Below, in pieces: positions 63,101 to 64,000 of a DNA stretch of 64,000 nt. The notes beneath the pieces were generated by a model. It was not told where the DNA came from. It saw nothing but the letters and a program-made list of their open reading frames with translations, and ran no database searches. A program made the position numbers and the translations under genes. Origin of the DNA: Rhizophagus irregularis (lineage: Eukaryota); the NCBI RefSeq assembly GCF_026210795.1, contig NC_089433.1:310001-374000 (forward strand), written 5' to 3'. The number at the start of each line of letters is the position of its first letter. The stretch's first letter is position 1.

Positions 63101-63600
63101 CAGATACTGTATATCCAATATGCTAATTTTCTTTTCTTCCATTAGATCTAATATAAAATTGTCTTTTTTCAATTATTAATGTGCTTATGTTGACTGTAAT
63201 CATTGATTGTTTAGGTTCAGTACAATATTGTCTAATAGAAATTGGAACCATTCTGGAGTTTATCCCTTTTTGCAGTTGAGTGAACCTTTAATATCAGATC
63301 AGGTTCTAAGAAAATAACCATCTCAGCTAATGACAAATGTTGATCAAGAAGTGAAATTTGTTTTTTCTTTAAACTAGTCATATATACCTTCAACGTTATC
63401 GTCTGATAATCTTATTCATTTCTCAAATTCACTACTCTTCTCAGTATTATGTCTTGAGATTCTTTCATTATCATCAATATTTCATTTTTCGCGTAATAAA
63501 TCTAAAAATTGGGTTGAACATCAATATCCTGCCTTTTGTTAAGTGCATTATCAACCTAAATATTCGTGCATTTTCAAATTGGGGCTACTTTGGACCATAA
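60130..63600 (-). pseudogene. Heavily decayed non-LTR retrotransposon relic
   Basis: Scattered remnants in LINE order: APE-like ILDLMEEKKISIL...EAKYIYK (~63100), KESPDHT resembling NKAPG (~61600), ILNEGNFA (~61100); many stops; boundaries approximate. Confidence 0.55.
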
Positions 63601-64000
63601 AATTTTTAAAGCTTTCTTGTCCTTTTGAAATAGAATCAAAAATATTAAGAATGTTAGGGTAAATAGGATTATATAAAATGGAAAAATAAAAATTTTCAGG
63701 TAACAATAAAGAAGTTTTGAAAATTAATCAAATTGATTCAGTTAAATTCAGTACAAATATAAGTAAAAATAAAAATGTATTGAGTAAGGTATTCTATACA
63801 TGGTATTAAAACTTTATTGATCATGTAAATCACATGATTATGGGTGTATAATACTGTAACATGTGTGTTTAATTTTGTTGAAGATAATGACTGAGAAGTT
63901 GTCTATGTTAATGTATTCTTTCTGAATAGTATTTCTTTAATATGTATTTCTTTAATATCTTGACCTTCATATCATCAATACATAAAGGAATTTTAGTCAA

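Overview
AT-rich eukaryotic genomic DNA with short GT-AG introns. The gene families (expanded BTB/BACK-TLDc genes, TKL-type kinases with WTSGN/EWIPY modules) point by inference to a Glomeromycotina fungus such as Rhizophagus. Host genes: five BTB-BACK-TLDc paralogues (one partial, one with a nonsense codon), a BTB-BACK gene with a repetitive tail, a frameshifted kinase with five serially duplicated N-terminal modules, a tandem triplet of kinase genes/pseudogenes, a small Cys-rich secreted-type gene and an HSP70 fragment. Two full-length ~8 kb non-LTR retrotransposons (minus ~8500-16732; plus 44684-52746) each show a target-site duplication, a poly(A) tail, a gag-like ORF1 and an APE-RT-(RNase H)-CCHC ORF2. 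Although their proteins are highly diverged, they share 5' and 3' terminal motifs, a TATAAAT target core and an unassigned H-CxGC-C domain; RNase H is intact in one and degenerate in the other. Also present: a ~2.3 kb satellite built of paired palindromes, several MITE/foldback elements, a micro-exon-like array and an old CpG-depleted LINE relic. No rRNA, tRNA or CRISPR array was seen. All calls were made by eye with no database searches.
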